Of a stretch of DNA of 59,820 nucleotides, positions 18,317 through 28,556 are shown piece by piece. The translations under genes were made by a program, and so were the position numbers. The notes beneath the pieces are model-generated. The model made no database searches. It was not told the DNA's origin and was given only the letters and a program-made list of their open reading frames with translations. Origin of the DNA: Acidimicrobiia bacterium (GTDB lineage Bacteria; Actinomycetota; Acidimicrobiia; Spongiisociales; ZC4RG35); the NCBI GenBank assembly GCA_041744795.1, contig JBGTKD010000044.1:1-59820 (forward strand). Reading direction: 5' to 3'. Numbering within the stretch: the first letter of the stretch is position 1; each line of letters begins with the position of its first letter.

Positions 18317-18386
18317 GGATGTCAGCCTACGGCCGGGTCGCTGATCTTCTGCGTATGCTGGCGGACCGTCGAGTTACAGGGATCGT

Positions 18387-19946
18387 GTGAACAGCGAAAA
18401 GGCAACGGCCGGCGAACGAGCTGAGGCTCTGCGGCGTATCGGACATTCGCTGCGTACTCCGCTGACCGCCATCACCGGAGCCAGTCGGATCCTCGGAGCG
18501 ACCGAACTAACCCCGGAGCAGCTCGACGGTCTGGACCTAATCGATGCCGCTTCTGAAGCGCTCCTGTCGGCCGTCAACGACCTTCTCGACATCTCCGAGA
18601 TCGACTCAGGGGGCATCAAGCTCCAAAACATCCCTTTTCGCCTGCCCGACGCGATCCGGGAGGCGATACGCCCGGTTCGGTCGCTGGCGGCCGATCGCGG
18701 CATCGAAATCACCCTCCACGGCCTGAGCACCCTCCCGACCGATGTGGTCGGTGATCCGGGACGATTGCGTCAGGTGCTGATGCGCCTCGTCGACAACGCT
18801 GTCAAGTACTCCGACAAGGGAACCGTCCAAGTTGGGGCAGGCTTGGTGGAACACGATCACTCGCGAGTGGTCGTGCGGTTTGCGGTCAGGGATACCGGAA
18901 CCGGCATATCTCCTGATGACATCGAACGAATCTTCGAACCGTTCTCCCAGGCGGCGTCCAGCGGTGCAGCGGTGACCGCCGGCCTAGGGCTCACCATCTC
19001 GCGGGCAGTGGTCAGGGCGATGGGTGGCGAAATTCGGGTTGCGAGCAGACCCGGGCTCGGTTCGACGTTCGACTTCACGGTCTCGTTTTCCCGTCACATC
19101 ATCGACGAGACCGGCAACGCTCCCGGAGCTCTCGGCAACCGCTGGGTCGTGATCGTCGGGGAACGACCGGAGTCGAACCGTGCGTTGGCTGAGGCCCTGC
19201 GTAACGGCGGATTTGAACCTTCGGATTTCACCGAGGCTCCTCTTGCGGCGGCATCCGTTGCTCTGTCCGACGACTCAGCTTTTGCTCCGGTAGCCGTGGT
19301 CGCAGCGCCCACCACTCGTCCGTTTGCTTTTGCTGCCAAGGTCCTGCGCGACCCGCAACTCGCACGCTCCCCTGTGATTCTCGTGCCACCGCAGGGGGAG
19401 AGAGGTGACGGTGAAGAGTGCATCAAACATGGGATCACCGGGTATCTGCCACAGCCAGTGTCACCGGTGGACCTAATCGAAGCGATTCAGCTCCTCGCCT
19501 CCGATTCGGTGAGGCCACCTCTCATCACACGACATTGGCTCCGAGAGAGACGCCAACGCTATCGGATCTTGGTTGTGGACGACTCACCCACCGGGAGGGC
19601 CTTAGTCATGCGTTCCCTTGAGGCAATCGGTCATGAAACTGCCGGGGCCGCGACCGGCAGGGAAGCGATCGACGCGCTTGCCTCCGTCGCCTTCGATTGT
19701 GTGTTCATGGATATGGAGATGCCGGAGATGGATGGCATCGAGGCGACTAAGTCGATTCGGGCAGGAGGATCGAAGGTTCCAATTATCGGCCTATCAGCCC
19801 ATGCGTTCCACGCTGACCGCCAGGCATGTCTCGATGCAGGAATGGACGATCACGTCGTCAAACCGTTTCGAATCGAGACGCTGCAGAGGGCGATGGAGTC
19901 GCTCGTCCACAAGTATCCAACTGACCTGTCGGGTTCAGTCGGTTGA
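18387..19946 (+). CDS. Cytoplasmic hybrid histidine kinase (HisKA-HATPase, pseudo-receiver, receiver) with no input domain
   Basis: GHSLRTPL, DPGRLRQVL..LVDNAVKYS, DTGTGI, FEPF, GLGL; C-terminal VVDD...MDMEMPEMDG...KP. Confidence 0.88.
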   Translation: MNSEKATAGERAEALRRIGHSLRTPLTAITGASRILGATELTPEQLDGLDLIDAASEALLSAVNDLLDISEIDSGGIKLQNIPFRLPDAIREAIRPVRSLAADRGIEITLHGLSTLPTDVVGDPGRLRQVLMRLVDNAVKYSDKGTVQVGAGLVEHDHSRVVVRFAVRDTGTGISPDDIERIFEPFSQAASSGAAVTAGLGLTISRAVVRAMGGEIRVASRPGLGSTFDFTVSFSRHIIDETGNAPGALGNRWVVIVGERPESNRALAEALRNGGFEPSDFTEAPLAAASVALSDDSAFAPVAVVAAPTTRPFAFAAKVLRDPQLARSPVILVPPQGERGDGEECIKHGITGYLPQPVSPVDLIEAIQLLASDSVRPPLITRHWLRERRQRYRILVVDDSPTGRALVMRSLEAIGHETAGAATGREAIDALASVAFDCVFMDMEMPEMDGIEATKSIRAGGSKVPIIGLSAHAFHADRQACLDAGMDDHVVKPFRIETLQRAMESLVHKYPTDLSGSVG

Positions 19947-20288
19947 TTCGTCAGTCGGGGACGAGGCAAGAACGGCGGCCAACTCTTCTTTGGCAGCCTT
20001 GACCTTTGGACCAAGTCCGAACCGGCTCGTGGGTCGCAGGTCGAGGACCGCGCCGATGCCGGTTGCGAACCCGGCGGGATCTTCGGGCTGGAAGGTGTGA
20101 AGAACCTCGTCCAGAGTGAGTTGAAAGCGGAAAACCGTCACTCGTTCACAGTTGACGCTCGCGACCGGCCAGGCGCCGACTCGCTTGTGCTCGTTCCACA
20201 CCCTGACCCACTCGCCGTCGACTGCGATCGTGGCCGTGTAATGGTCGTCGATCCCGTGAGGAAACATCTGCCCCTTGAAATTTTGCAC
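19935..20288 (-). CDS. Hypothetical protein (117 aa)
   Basis: SD GGAGG before GTG; fills the gap between the kinase and icmF; globular composition. Confidence 0.6.
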   Translation of the reverse strand: MQNFKGQMFPHGIDDHYTATIAVDGEWVRVWNEHKRVGAWPVASVNCERVTVFRFQLTLDEVLHTFQPEDPAGFATGIGAVLDLRPTSRFGLGPKVKAAKEELAAVLASSPTDESTD

Positions 20289-20466
20289 TTCCCCAGCCTC
20301 CTGGTCCCAGTCCTCGTGGTCGCCGATCCGGTCTGATCATCGCTCCGATGGTCACCGATTTCACAGTACCCAATGAGCGAACCTTCGTACCGAATTTCGC
20401 CCATTCAGAAGTTTGGCACGAAGAGCGCCGTCCGCAAGGGTCGATCTGGTCGATACGATGAAACAG

Positions 20467-23400
20467 ATGGAGGCATATCGACCGGTCAATCCTGTTCGTT
20501 TCGTTACTGCGACGAACCTTTTCGATGGCCATGACGCCTCGATCAACATCTTCCGTCGGATCCTGCAGGCTTCCGGTGCGGAGGTGATCCATCTCGGGCA
20601 CAACCGGAGTGCCGGCGATGTTGCTGCTGCCGCGGTGCAAGAGGATGCCCAGGCAGTGGCTGTCACTTCGTATCAAGGCGGACACATGGAGTATTTTCGC
20701 TATTTGCGGGAGCTCTTAGATGCTGCTGGTCGGTCCGATGTGAGGATTTTCGGTGGTGGGGGCGGAACGATCCTGCCGTCCGAAGGCGACCAGTTGGAGT
20801 CCGAGGGTGTCGGACGGATCTACTCACCAGACGATGGTCGCACGATGGGTCTGCAGGGAATGATCGATGAGATGCTGCGTCTGGCGGATGTTCCTTCTGG
20901 GGAACTGACCGATGTGGTGCTGGACTCCTTGTCTACTGAATCCAGCACCCTGATTGCCTCGTTGTTGTCGGCGGCGGAGAACCATCCTGACAAGTATCCG
21001 GATATCTTCGAGGCACTCAGGGCGAGAGCTGGCGAGGCTCAGTCCCGCGTGCTGGGAATCACCGGCACCGGGGGTTCGGGCAAGTCGTCACTGACCGACG
21101 AACTCGTGCGTCGCTATCTGATGGACTTCGCCGATCGGACCGTGGCAGTCCTGTCGGTGGATCCGACGAGGCGCCGTTCGGGCGGTGCATTGTTGGGGGA
21201 CCGCATTCGTGTGAATTCGTTGCCCCATGAACGCGGATTCATGCGATCCATGGCCACTCGTCAGGCGCATCGGGCTCTCTCTCAGGCGGTTGCGGACGGT
21301 TTGACGGTCTTTAAGGCGGCGGGCTTTGACATGATCATTTTGGAGACTTCGGGTATCGGCCAATCCGACACCGAGATAACCGACCACGCCGATATCTCGG
21401 TTTACGCGATGACGCCTGAGTACGGGGCGGCCACTCAGCTCGAGAAGATCGACATGCTCGACTATGCCGATCTGATCGTCGTCAACAAAGCGGACAAGCC
21501 GGGGGCCGAAGACGCTGTCCGGGATGTGAAGAAGCAGTACCGCCGGAACCGGAAGTTGTTCGACGCCGAAGACTCTTCCCTTCCCGTGTATGCGACAGTC
21601 GCATCGCAATTCAACGATCCAGGGACGAATCGGTTCTACCGAGCCGTTATGGAAGCGATAGGCGAGAACTCCACTTTGGACCTTCCAGTCGAAGATCGCG
21701 ATGCGCACGTGATCGTCCCGTCTGCGAGATCGCGGTATCTGGCAGAGATCGCCGAGCGAGGCCGGTCCGAGGACGCGCGTATAGAGAGCCAGGCCGGACT
21801 GGCATCCGATCTCCAGGCACTCACAACCGCCGCCGAGCTGACTGGCAACGACTTTTCAGACCCGATCGCCGCTGTGCGGGCCGAAATGGACGCCGAGACA
21901 TCCGATCTGCTGGACGGCTGGAGCGAGAACATGGCTCGCTTCGAAGGCGACGAGTTGGCCTACGACGTGAGGGGCGTCGAGGTCCGGGTGCCGTTGGTCA
22001 GCGAATCGCTGTCGAAGACGAGGATCCCGAAAATTGCCACTCCCAAGTTCACGGGTTGGGGCGATCGGGTGCGTTGGGGACGAAGAGAGAACCTGCCGGG
22101 TTCCTATCCGTACACGGCGGGGATTTATCCGTTGAAGCGGACCGCTGAGGATCCCACCCGGATGTTTGCCGGTGAGGGGCCGCCTGAACAGACAAATCAT
22201 CGGTTCCACTATTTGGCTGCAGGGATGCCCGCCATTCGGTTGTCGACGGCGTTCGACTCGGTCACCCTTTACGGTGAGGACCCGGCCGTGAGACCTGATA
22301 TCTACGGCAAGGTCGGGAACTCAGGGGTTTCGATCGCCACCCTGGACGATGCCAAGAAGCTCTACTCGGGTTTCGATCTCACCGATCCGACCACCTCGGT
22401 GTCGATGACGATCAACGGACCCGCGCCGATGATCCTCGCTTTCTTTCTCAACGCGGCGGTCGACCAGGCATGTGAAAGGCATATTCGCGAGGTCGGTTTG
22501 CAGGCCAGGGTCGATGAAGTGCTCGGCGAGGATCCCCCGAGCTACCACGGGGAGCTTCCCGCCGGTCACGACGGACTCGGATTGATGCTCCTCGGCACCA
22601 CCGGTGACCGCATCCTCGATCCTGAAACCTATGCGCGTATCAAAGCCGAGACGATCAAAGTGGTGCGAGGCACAGTTCAAGCCGACATTCTCAAAGAGGA
22701 CCAAGCCCAGAACACCTGCATCTTCTCGACCGAGTTCGCCCTGCGGATGATGGGCGACATCCAGCAGTGGTTCATCGACAACGAAGTCCGCAACTTCTAT
22801 TCGGTATCCATCTCCGGATATCACATGGCCGAAGCCGGAGCCAACCCGATAACTCAACTGGCCTTCACGCTTGCCAACGGGTTCACGTTCGTCGAGTACT
22901 ACCGGTCCCGGGGGATGGACATTGATGCGTTCGCCCCGAATTTGTCGTTCTTCTTCTCCAACGGAATCGACGCCGAATACGCGGTCATCGGCCGGGTGGC
23001 ACGCCGGATATGGGCTAGGGCGATGCGCAACCTGTACGGCGCCAACGAGCGATCTCAGATGCTCAAGTACCACATCCAGACCTCCGGACGCTCCCTCCAC
23101 GCCCAGGAGATCGGGTTTAACGACATCCGCACGACTCTGCAGGCGCTCTACGCCATCTATGACAACACCAACAGTCTCCACACCAACGCCTACGACGAGG
23201 CAATTACCACGCCCACCGAAGAGTCCGTCCGCCGGGCCATGGCCATCCAACTGATCATCAACCGCGAACTCGGACTCAACAAGAACGAGAATCCCCTGCA
23301 GGGCAGCTTCATCATCGAAGAACTCACCGACCTCGTCGAGGAAGCCGTGTATGCCGAGTTCGAGAGGCTCAACGACAGAGGTGGCGTCCTCGGGGCGATG

Positions 23401-23766
23401 GAACGTCAGTATCAGCGGATGCGCATCCAGGAAGAATCCCTCTATTACGAGAGACTCAAAGAGTCAGGCGAACTGCCCATTGTCGGTGTCAACACATTCC
23501 TCTCCGACGACGGGTCACCCTTCATCATCCCCGACAACCTCGTCAGAGCCTCCGACGAAACCAAGAACCGCCAAATCGATTCGGTCAGCGCCTACCGGCA
23601 ACGGAACGCGGCAGACACACCCGCTGCTCTCGAAGCGCTCCAACGGGCCGCCACCAGCGGTATCAACCTCTTCGACGCCCTCATGGAAACCGCCAAGGTC
23701 GCCAGCCTCGGAGAAATGTCACACGCCCTCTACCAGGTAGGCGGCCGGTACCGCCGCAGCATGTGA
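20467..23766 (+). CDS. icmF: Fused isobutyryl-CoA mutase/MeaB-like GTPase (IcmF)
   Basis: B12-binding DGHDAS/SYQGGH, P-loop [12 protein letters not shown], mutase domain with TRMFAG (Phe specificity position of ICM), [11 protein letters not shown]; start 20467 follows TACGAT. Confidence 0.92.
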   Translation: MEAYRPVNPVRFVTATNLFDGHDASINIFRRILQASGAEVIHLGHNRSAGDVAAAAVQEDAQAVAVTSYQGGHMEYFRYLRELLDAAGRSDVRIFGGGGGTILPSEGDQLESEGVGRIYSPDDGRTMGLQGMIDEMLRLADVPSGELTDVVLDSLSTESSTLIASLLSAAENHPDKYPDIFEALRARAGEAQSRVLGITGTGGSGKSSLTDELVRRYLMDFADRTVAVLSVDPTRRRSGGALLGDRIRVNSLPHERGFMRSMATRQAHRALSQAVADGLTVFKAAGFDMIILETSGIGQSDTEITDHADISVYAMTPEYGAATQLEKIDMLDYADLIVVNKADKPGAEDAVRDVKKQYRRNRKLFDAEDSSLPVYATVASQFNDPGTNRFYRAVMEAIGENSTLDLPVEDRDAHVIVPSARSRYLAEIAERGRSEDARIESQAGLASDLQALTTAAELTGNDFSDPIAAVRAEMDAETSDLLDGWSENMARFEGDELAYDVRGVEVRVPLVSESLSKTRIPKIATPKFTGWGDRVRWGRRENLPGSYPYTAGIYPLKRTAEDPTRMFAGEGPPEQTNHRFHYLAAGMPAIRLSTAFDSVTLYGEDPAVRPDIYGKVGNSGVSIATLDDAKKLYSGFDLTDPTTSVSMTINGPAPMILAFFLNAAVDQACERHIREVGLQARVDEVLGEDPPSYHGELPAGHDGLGLMLLGTTGDRILDPETYARIKAETIKVVRGTVQADILKEDQAQNTCIFSTEFALRMMGDIQQWFIDNEVRNFYSVSISGYHMAEAGANPITQLAFTLANGFTFVEYYRSRGMDIDAFAPNLSFFFSNGIDAEYAVIGRVARRIWARAMRNLYGANERSQMLKYHIQTSGRSLHAQEIGFNDIRTTLQALYAIYDNTNSLHTNAYDEAITTPTEESVRRAMAIQLIINRELGLNKNENPLQGSFIIEELTDLVEEAVYAEFERLNDRGGVLGAMERQYQRMRIQEESLYYERLKESGELPIVGVNTFLSDDGSPFIIPDNLVRASDETKNRQIDSVSAYRQRNAADTPAALEALQRAATSGINLFDALMETAKVASLGEMSHALYQVGGRYRRSM

Positions 23767-23777
23767 CCTTGAATATT

Positions 23778-23802
23778 CGAACGAGCGCGGCGCGCTCGTT
23801 CG
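23778..23802. promoter_or_regulatory. Perfect 12-bp inverted repeat (terminator hairpin or operator) followed by -10-like TAGCGT
   Basis: CGAACGAGCGCG-G-CGCGCTCGTTCG, 11 nt after the icmF stop; no U-tract. Confidence 0.5.
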
Positions 23803-23860
23803 GTAGCGTGCTCCCACCGATCTTGAGGCAGTTCTGACCGCGCCCGGATATCGCTCGACG

Positions 23861-25561
23861 TTGATGACCTACCTGCCACCATTGAGGGCGCGGGTAGCGG
23901 TTTTAGCTCTGACCCTGATCGTGGCGACTGCGCTGCAGGTGTTCGTTCCGTTGATCCTGCAGCGGTTTATCGACTCGGCCTTGGCCGCTTCGCCGTTGTC
24001 TGTCCTCACGTCGGCTGGCATCGCATATCTGTTCGTTGGGGTCGTCCAGCAGTTCCTATCGGCTACGTCGACTTTCCTCGGCGCCGACATCGGGTGGCGG
24101 GCCACCAACCGACTGCGAATTGACCTGGCCCGCCATGCCCTCGGCTTGGACATGGGCTTTCACAACGAGACGACGCCTGGCGAGATGATCGAGCGGATCG
24201 ATGGTGATGTGACGGCCGTGTCCAACTTCATCGCCCGTTTCGTTGTCCGTTTGCTCGGAAGCGGCCTGCTGCTGCTTGGAGTCCTCATCGTGTCGACCCG
24301 TCAGGACTGGAGGCTGGGCGCGGCGATGGCCGTCTACGTATTTGGCGTACTCACCCTTCTAGTCCGTATGCGTCATATGGCCGAAAAGGCGTCCGAAGAA
24401 GAGCGTGACACTTCCGCCAAGCTCTATGGGTTCATCGAGGAACGTCTCGACGGACTGGACGACATCCGAGCTAACGGTGCGGGACTGCACACGATGTTCA
24501 TCTTCGTCGATGTGATGCGGGACTTCTATCGACGCACCAGGCGGGCATGGCGCAAACGGACCGTCTTCTGGGTCGCATCCAACACCGCCTATTGGACCGG
24601 TGACGTGATCGCCCTGGCGATGGGTGTTTGGCTGGTGCTGCAGGGCGACATCAGCGTCGGCACCGCTTATCTGATCATTCAGTACGTAGCTCTGGTTCGC
24701 ACGCCTATCGAACAGGTGGCCCAGGAGTTTCAGGAACTTCAGAAGGCGGCGGGTGGCATTCTCAGGATCGACGCCCTTCGTGCCCGGCACTCGCGACTCG
24801 ACGAGTCAGGGACAATTCCCGCTCCGGTCGGCGGTTCGATCCAGTTCGCCGACGTCTCCTTCGCCTATGAGGACCAGCAGGTCCTCGACGGTATCGACTT
24901 CACAATCCCACCCGGGACGTCAGTCGGTCTGCTTGGAAGAACCGGCGGGGGAAAGACGACCATCACGCGTCTCCTGGCGCGTCTCTATGACCCCACCGCT
25001 GGCACCGTGAAGATCGACGGTGTCAACCTTCGGACAATCGATCCGCATGGCATGCGTTCCTTGGTGGGCGTGGTGACTCAGGACGTTCAACTCTTCCAGG
25101 CGACGATTCGCGACAACCTGACGTTCTTCAACCCCGATCACGCTGATGACGCCATCTTCGAGTCGCTCGATGCGGTGGGGCTCGGAGATTGGATACGCGG
25201 TTTGGGTCTCGACACGCGTCTACGGGCGGGCGGCGACGGTCTGTCGGCTGGTGAGAGCCAGTTGCTCGCCTTTGCCAGGGTCTTTCTGCAGAACCCGAAG
25301 GTTGTGATTCTCGACGAGCCGTCATCGCGGCTCGATCCGAGTACCGAAGCCCTGATAGCGACGGCCACCGAGCGGTTGTTCGCCGGGCGGACGGCCGTCA
25401 TCGTCGCTCATCGACTCGAGACGGTCAGATCGGTCGATCGGATCATGGTTGTCCAAGGCGGAAGGGTCGTAGAAGACGGTTCTCGTGACACCTTGGCGGC
25501 CGACCCGGAGAGCAGATACTCCCAATTGCTCATGGCTGGTGCGGGAGACGAGATCGCATGA
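23861..25561 (+). CDS. ABC exporter, fused permease/ATPase (heterodimer subunit 1)
   Basis: TMD plus GRTGGGKT, LSAGESQ, ILDEPSS, AHRL. Confidence 0.9.
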   Translation: MMTYLPPLRARVAVLALTLIVATALQVFVPLILQRFIDSALAASPLSVLTSAGIAYLFVGVVQQFLSATSTFLGADIGWRATNRLRIDLARHALGLDMGFHNETTPGEMIERIDGDVTAVSNFIARFVVRLLGSGLLLLGVLIVSTRQDWRLGAAMAVYVFGVLTLLVRMRHMAEKASEEERDTSAKLYGFIEERLDGLDDIRANGAGLHTMFIFVDVMRDFYRRTRRAWRKRTVFWVASNTAYWTGDVIALAMGVWLVLQGDISVGTAYLIIQYVALVRTPIEQVAQEFQELQKAAGGILRIDALRARHSRLDESGTIPAPVGGSIQFADVSFAYEDQQVLDGIDFTIPPGTSVGLLGRTGGGKTTITRLLARLYDPTAGTVKIDGVNLRTIDPHGMRSLVGVVTQDVQLFQATIRDNLTFFNPDHADDAIFESLDAVGLGDWIRGLGLDTRLRAGGDGLSAGESQLLAFARVFLQNPKVVILDEPSSRLDPSTEALIATATERLFAGRTAVIVAHRLETVRSVDRIMVVQGGRVVEDGSRDTLAADPESRYSQLLMAGAGDEIA

Positions 25562-27333
25562 AGCCTTATGGCGTCTTCCGCCTCGGTTGGGAACTGATTC
25601 GTTACAGACCGGGCAGGTTTGGCCTCTCCTTCGTGCTGTGGACGTTGATCCACGGCATGCCAGTGGCCTTGGGTGTCGCCATCGGCGCCGTGTTCGACCG
25701 TCTCACAGACAGTGAGGCCGTCGGTGAAGGGGTGTGGACAGTCGTTCTCGCGTTCATTGCGATCGTCTATTCGCGACAACTGGTGTTCTGGCTGGGCGAC
25801 ATCCACTGGATCGATCATTGGAACGAGAGTTCACTCCAACTGCGGCGCAACATCCTCCGCTGGCTGGTGACCGCACCGCGCTCCCGCCAGTTGGCCGTGT
25901 CGCCGTCAGAAGCGATCAGCACCTTCCGGGACGACGTCGATGACCTCCTCGAATACATGGAAAATTGGGTCGACCTTGGCGGTGTTCTAGTCTTCGCTGG
26001 CGGAGCGACGTTCGTCATGTTCACCATCGACGCCCGCCTCGCCACGTTCGTCATCATCCCTCTTCTACTCACTCTGGGACTCACTCAGGCCCTCAGCCCG
26101 CAGATCCGCAAGCGGAGAAGAGAGATGCGGGTCGCAACCGAAGAGGTGACCGGGTTTGTGGGTGAGATGTTCGGTGGCGTGCAGGCCATCAAACTGGCGG
26201 ATGCCTCCGAACGGGTGCTGGTCGAGTTCGATCGGATGAACGAGGTGAGACGTAAGAAGGCCTTGCGCGATACGTTCCTCACGGAGCTGCTCCGCTCGAT
26301 CAACACCAATATGGCGACGATCGGTACGGCAATCGTTCTGCTTGTCGCAGCCTCGGACATCCTCGACGGTTCGTTCACGGTCGGAGATCTTGCTGTCTTC
26401 CTCACTTACCTTCCCAGGCTCACCGGTTACATGGCTTTCGCGGGCGACATCGTTGCCCAGCATCGGCGGACCGGAGTGTCGTTCGATCGGATTCGCCGGC
26501 TGGCGGTAGACGCACCCGACTCGGAGTTGCTCGACCGGACCAGGGTGCCGCTCCACGGAGAGGTCATCGAGCCGGTCCCCGTCGGTCTCCAAGATCCGTT
26601 CGAGGTCCTAGAGGCGCGGGATCTTTCTTTCCGATACGAATCCACGGGTGGGGGAGTGGAGGGAGTTTCGCTTGTCGTCCGACGTGGCGAGTTCGTAGTC
26701 GTCACGGGCCGTATCGGGTCCGGCAAGACGACTCTCGTCAGAGCCCTGCTCGGTTTGCTGCCTGCTACGGGTGAGGTCTTCTGGAACGGTCAGCCAGTGG
26801 AGGATCCGGCCTCGTTCCTGGTACCTCCTCGAACGGCGTATACCGCTCAGGTACCAAGACTGTTCTCAGATTCCCTTGCTCGCAACATCGCTCTGGGAAG
26901 TCACGTCACCCACCAGATGATGCGTGACGCCGTCGAACTCGCGATTCTTGCCCCGGATATCGCCGACCTCGAGCGGGGCATCGACACCGCCGTCGGCGCG
27001 CGCGGCGTGAAACTCTCCGGCGGCCAAGTTCAGCGGTCAGCGGCAGCCAGAGCTTTCGCAACCGGTGCCGAGGTCCTCGTTTTCGACGACATCTCTTCGG
27101 CGTTGGACGTCGAGACCGAAGCCAGCCTGTGGGATGGGCTTTTCGCCCAGCGAGATGTTTCGTGTCTGGTGATCTCACACCGCCGGCCGGTGCTGCGACG
27201 AGCCGACCGGATCATCCTGCTCGACGCGGGTCATGTCGTTGCAGAAGGCAAGCTCGATGAACTGGTCGACTCGAGCGAACTGATGCGCCAGCTCTGGGAG
27301 TCTTCGGGTCAGGCGCCTCGGGCCCTGCGGTAG
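25558..27333 (+). CDS. ABC exporter, fused permease/ATPase (heterodimer subunit 2)
   Basis: TMD plus GRIGSGKT, LSGGQ, degenerate Walker B VFDD, SHR; ATGA overlap with subunit 1. Confidence 0.9.
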   Translation: MKPYGVFRLGWELIRYRPGRFGLSFVLWTLIHGMPVALGVAIGAVFDRLTDSEAVGEGVWTVVLAFIAIVYSRQLVFWLGDIHWIDHWNESSLQLRRNILRWLVTAPRSRQLAVSPSEAISTFRDDVDDLLEYMENWVDLGGVLVFAGGATFVMFTIDARLATFVIIPLLLTLGLTQALSPQIRKRRREMRVATEEVTGFVGEMFGGVQAIKLADASERVLVEFDRMNEVRRKKALRDTFLTELLRSINTNMATIGTAIVLLVAASDILDGSFTVGDLAVFLTYLPRLTGYMAFAGDIVAQHRRTGVSFDRIRRLAVDAPDSELLDRTRVPLHGEVIEPVPVGLQDPFEVLEARDLSFRYESTGGGVEGVSLVVRRGEFVVVTGRIGSGKTTLVRALLGLLPATGEVFWNGQPVEDPASFLVPPRTAYTAQVPRLFSDSLARNIALGSHVTHQMMRDAVELAILAPDIADLERGIDTAVGARGVKLSGGQVQRSAAARAFATGAEVLVFDDISSALDVETEASLWDGLFAQRDVSCLVISHRRPVLRRADRIILLDAGHVVAEGKLDELVDSSELMRQLWESSGQAPRALR

Positions 27334-28298
27334 TAGCGGACTTCCTCGTCGAACGAAGAAACGCGAGCACCCGCTCTCAGGTACTCCAGATGCGAAACGG
27401 TTTCGCGGAGTGCCAGTCGCTGTTCCAAAGGGTTGAGATGGGGTCGGAAAGACTCTGCCATGACACTCCACGCGGTGGTCGGTCCGAGCTTCACGACTTC
27501 CAGCATTCCGTCGAGTCGACGTTCGTGGTGCAGGACGATTTGTTCGGCCCTTTGTGAACCTCTTTCGACTATCGAGCCGTGCGCCGGGTAGGTCAGCCCG
27601 AAGCGGTCTCCAGTCAGACGGGTCACAGAGTCCAGGTACATGCCGAGCACGTCGGTGTCGGTTTGGTCCCACATGATTACGGGAGTGATCCTCGGCAGGA
27701 TGTGGTCCCCCGAGAACAGAATTCCGGTCTTGGATTCGACCAAACAGATGTGGCTGTGTTCGTGGCCGGGGGTGTGGAGCACTTCGAAGGTCCGCCTATC
27801 GCCGAGCTCGATAAGGTCGCCGTCGTCCACTAGAACCTCAGGCGGTCCCGCGAACGGCATCCAATCGGGCCGGTCGAGGGCTGCGAAGGCGGCCAGCAGA
27901 TCGTCAGGTACGCCGTGTAGCCGTCCGAAACCGTCCAGCCACCGCTGGGTACCAGGAGTGTCGTTGTAAACGAGGTGGTTTTTCAGGGCACTGCGGTGCA
28001 TCGTGAGCCGCGCCCCTGTCATCTCCACGATGCGCGGCGCCATGCCGACATGATCGGGGTGTAGATGGGAGACGATGAGGGTGTGGATCGAAGCCGGCTC
28101 GATCTCGAGAACGGCCAACCCGTCGAGCAGTCTCGTGAGACCTGGTTCCCAATCGACTCCGCAGTCGATGAGGGTCGCCCCGGTGGAGGTTGTGACGACG
28201 TAGGAGTTGACCCACGCCGGGCTGTCGAACGGCAGCGGCAGAGGGATCACGCCGATCCCGTGACCTAGGTCGGCGATGTCAGGCAGGCGACGACTCAA
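27309..28298 (-). CDS. MBL-fold metallo-hydrolase
   Basis: SHLHPDHVG, TPGH, SGDH, PAHG motifs; C-terminal winged-helix-like ETVSHLEYL. Confidence 0.88.
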   Translation of the reverse strand: MSRRLPDIADLGHGIGVIPLPLPFDSPAWVNSYVVTTSTGATLIDCGVDWEPGLTRLLDGLAVLEIEPASIHTLIVSHLHPDHVGMAPRIVEMTGARLTMHRSALKNHLVYNDTPGTQRWLDGFGRLHGVPDDLLAAFAALDRPDWMPFAGPPEVLVDDGDLIELGDRRTFEVLHTPGHEHSHICLVESKTGILFSGDHILPRITPVIMWDQTDTDVLGMYLDSVTRLTGDRFGLTYPAHGSIVERGSQRAEQIVLHHERRLDGMLEVVKLGPTTAWSVMAESFRPHLNPLEQRLALRETVSHLEYLRAGARVSSFDEEVRYYRRARGA

Positions 28299-28516
28299 CC
28301 GTGGACCGATTCCTTCACTACGAAGGTGATGTCGAGGGTGACCGAGAACTCGGTGGGTACCCCCGAGTCATCGACGGCTCCCCATACATCGACGACGTCG
28401 AAGCGGGTGATTTCGTCGATCGTCGTTGCAGCCCGTGCCAACACGGTGCGGATGGCGTCTTCGATGCTGCGACCCGAACTTCCCGAGAGCCTGACCGACT
28501 TGGTGATCTGCGACAT
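28295..28516 (-). CDS. Dodecin-family small flavin-binding protein
   Basis: MSQITKSVRLSGSS..SIEDAI...RA..TI...F.V...V.L.ITF; leaderless TACGCT-N6-ATG. Confidence 0.8.
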   Translation of the reverse strand: MSQITKSVRLSGSSGRSIEDAIRTVLARAATTIDEITRFDVVDVWGAVDDSGVPTEFSVTLDITFVVKESVHG

Positions 28517-28556
28517 GGTCGGAGCGTAGTGGGCCGACTTGATCGCCACCGCGTGG

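Noticed and set aside
20289-20466. Cobalamin riboswitch before icmF
   Set aside because: No B12-box-like sequence is seen, and icmF appears leaderless.
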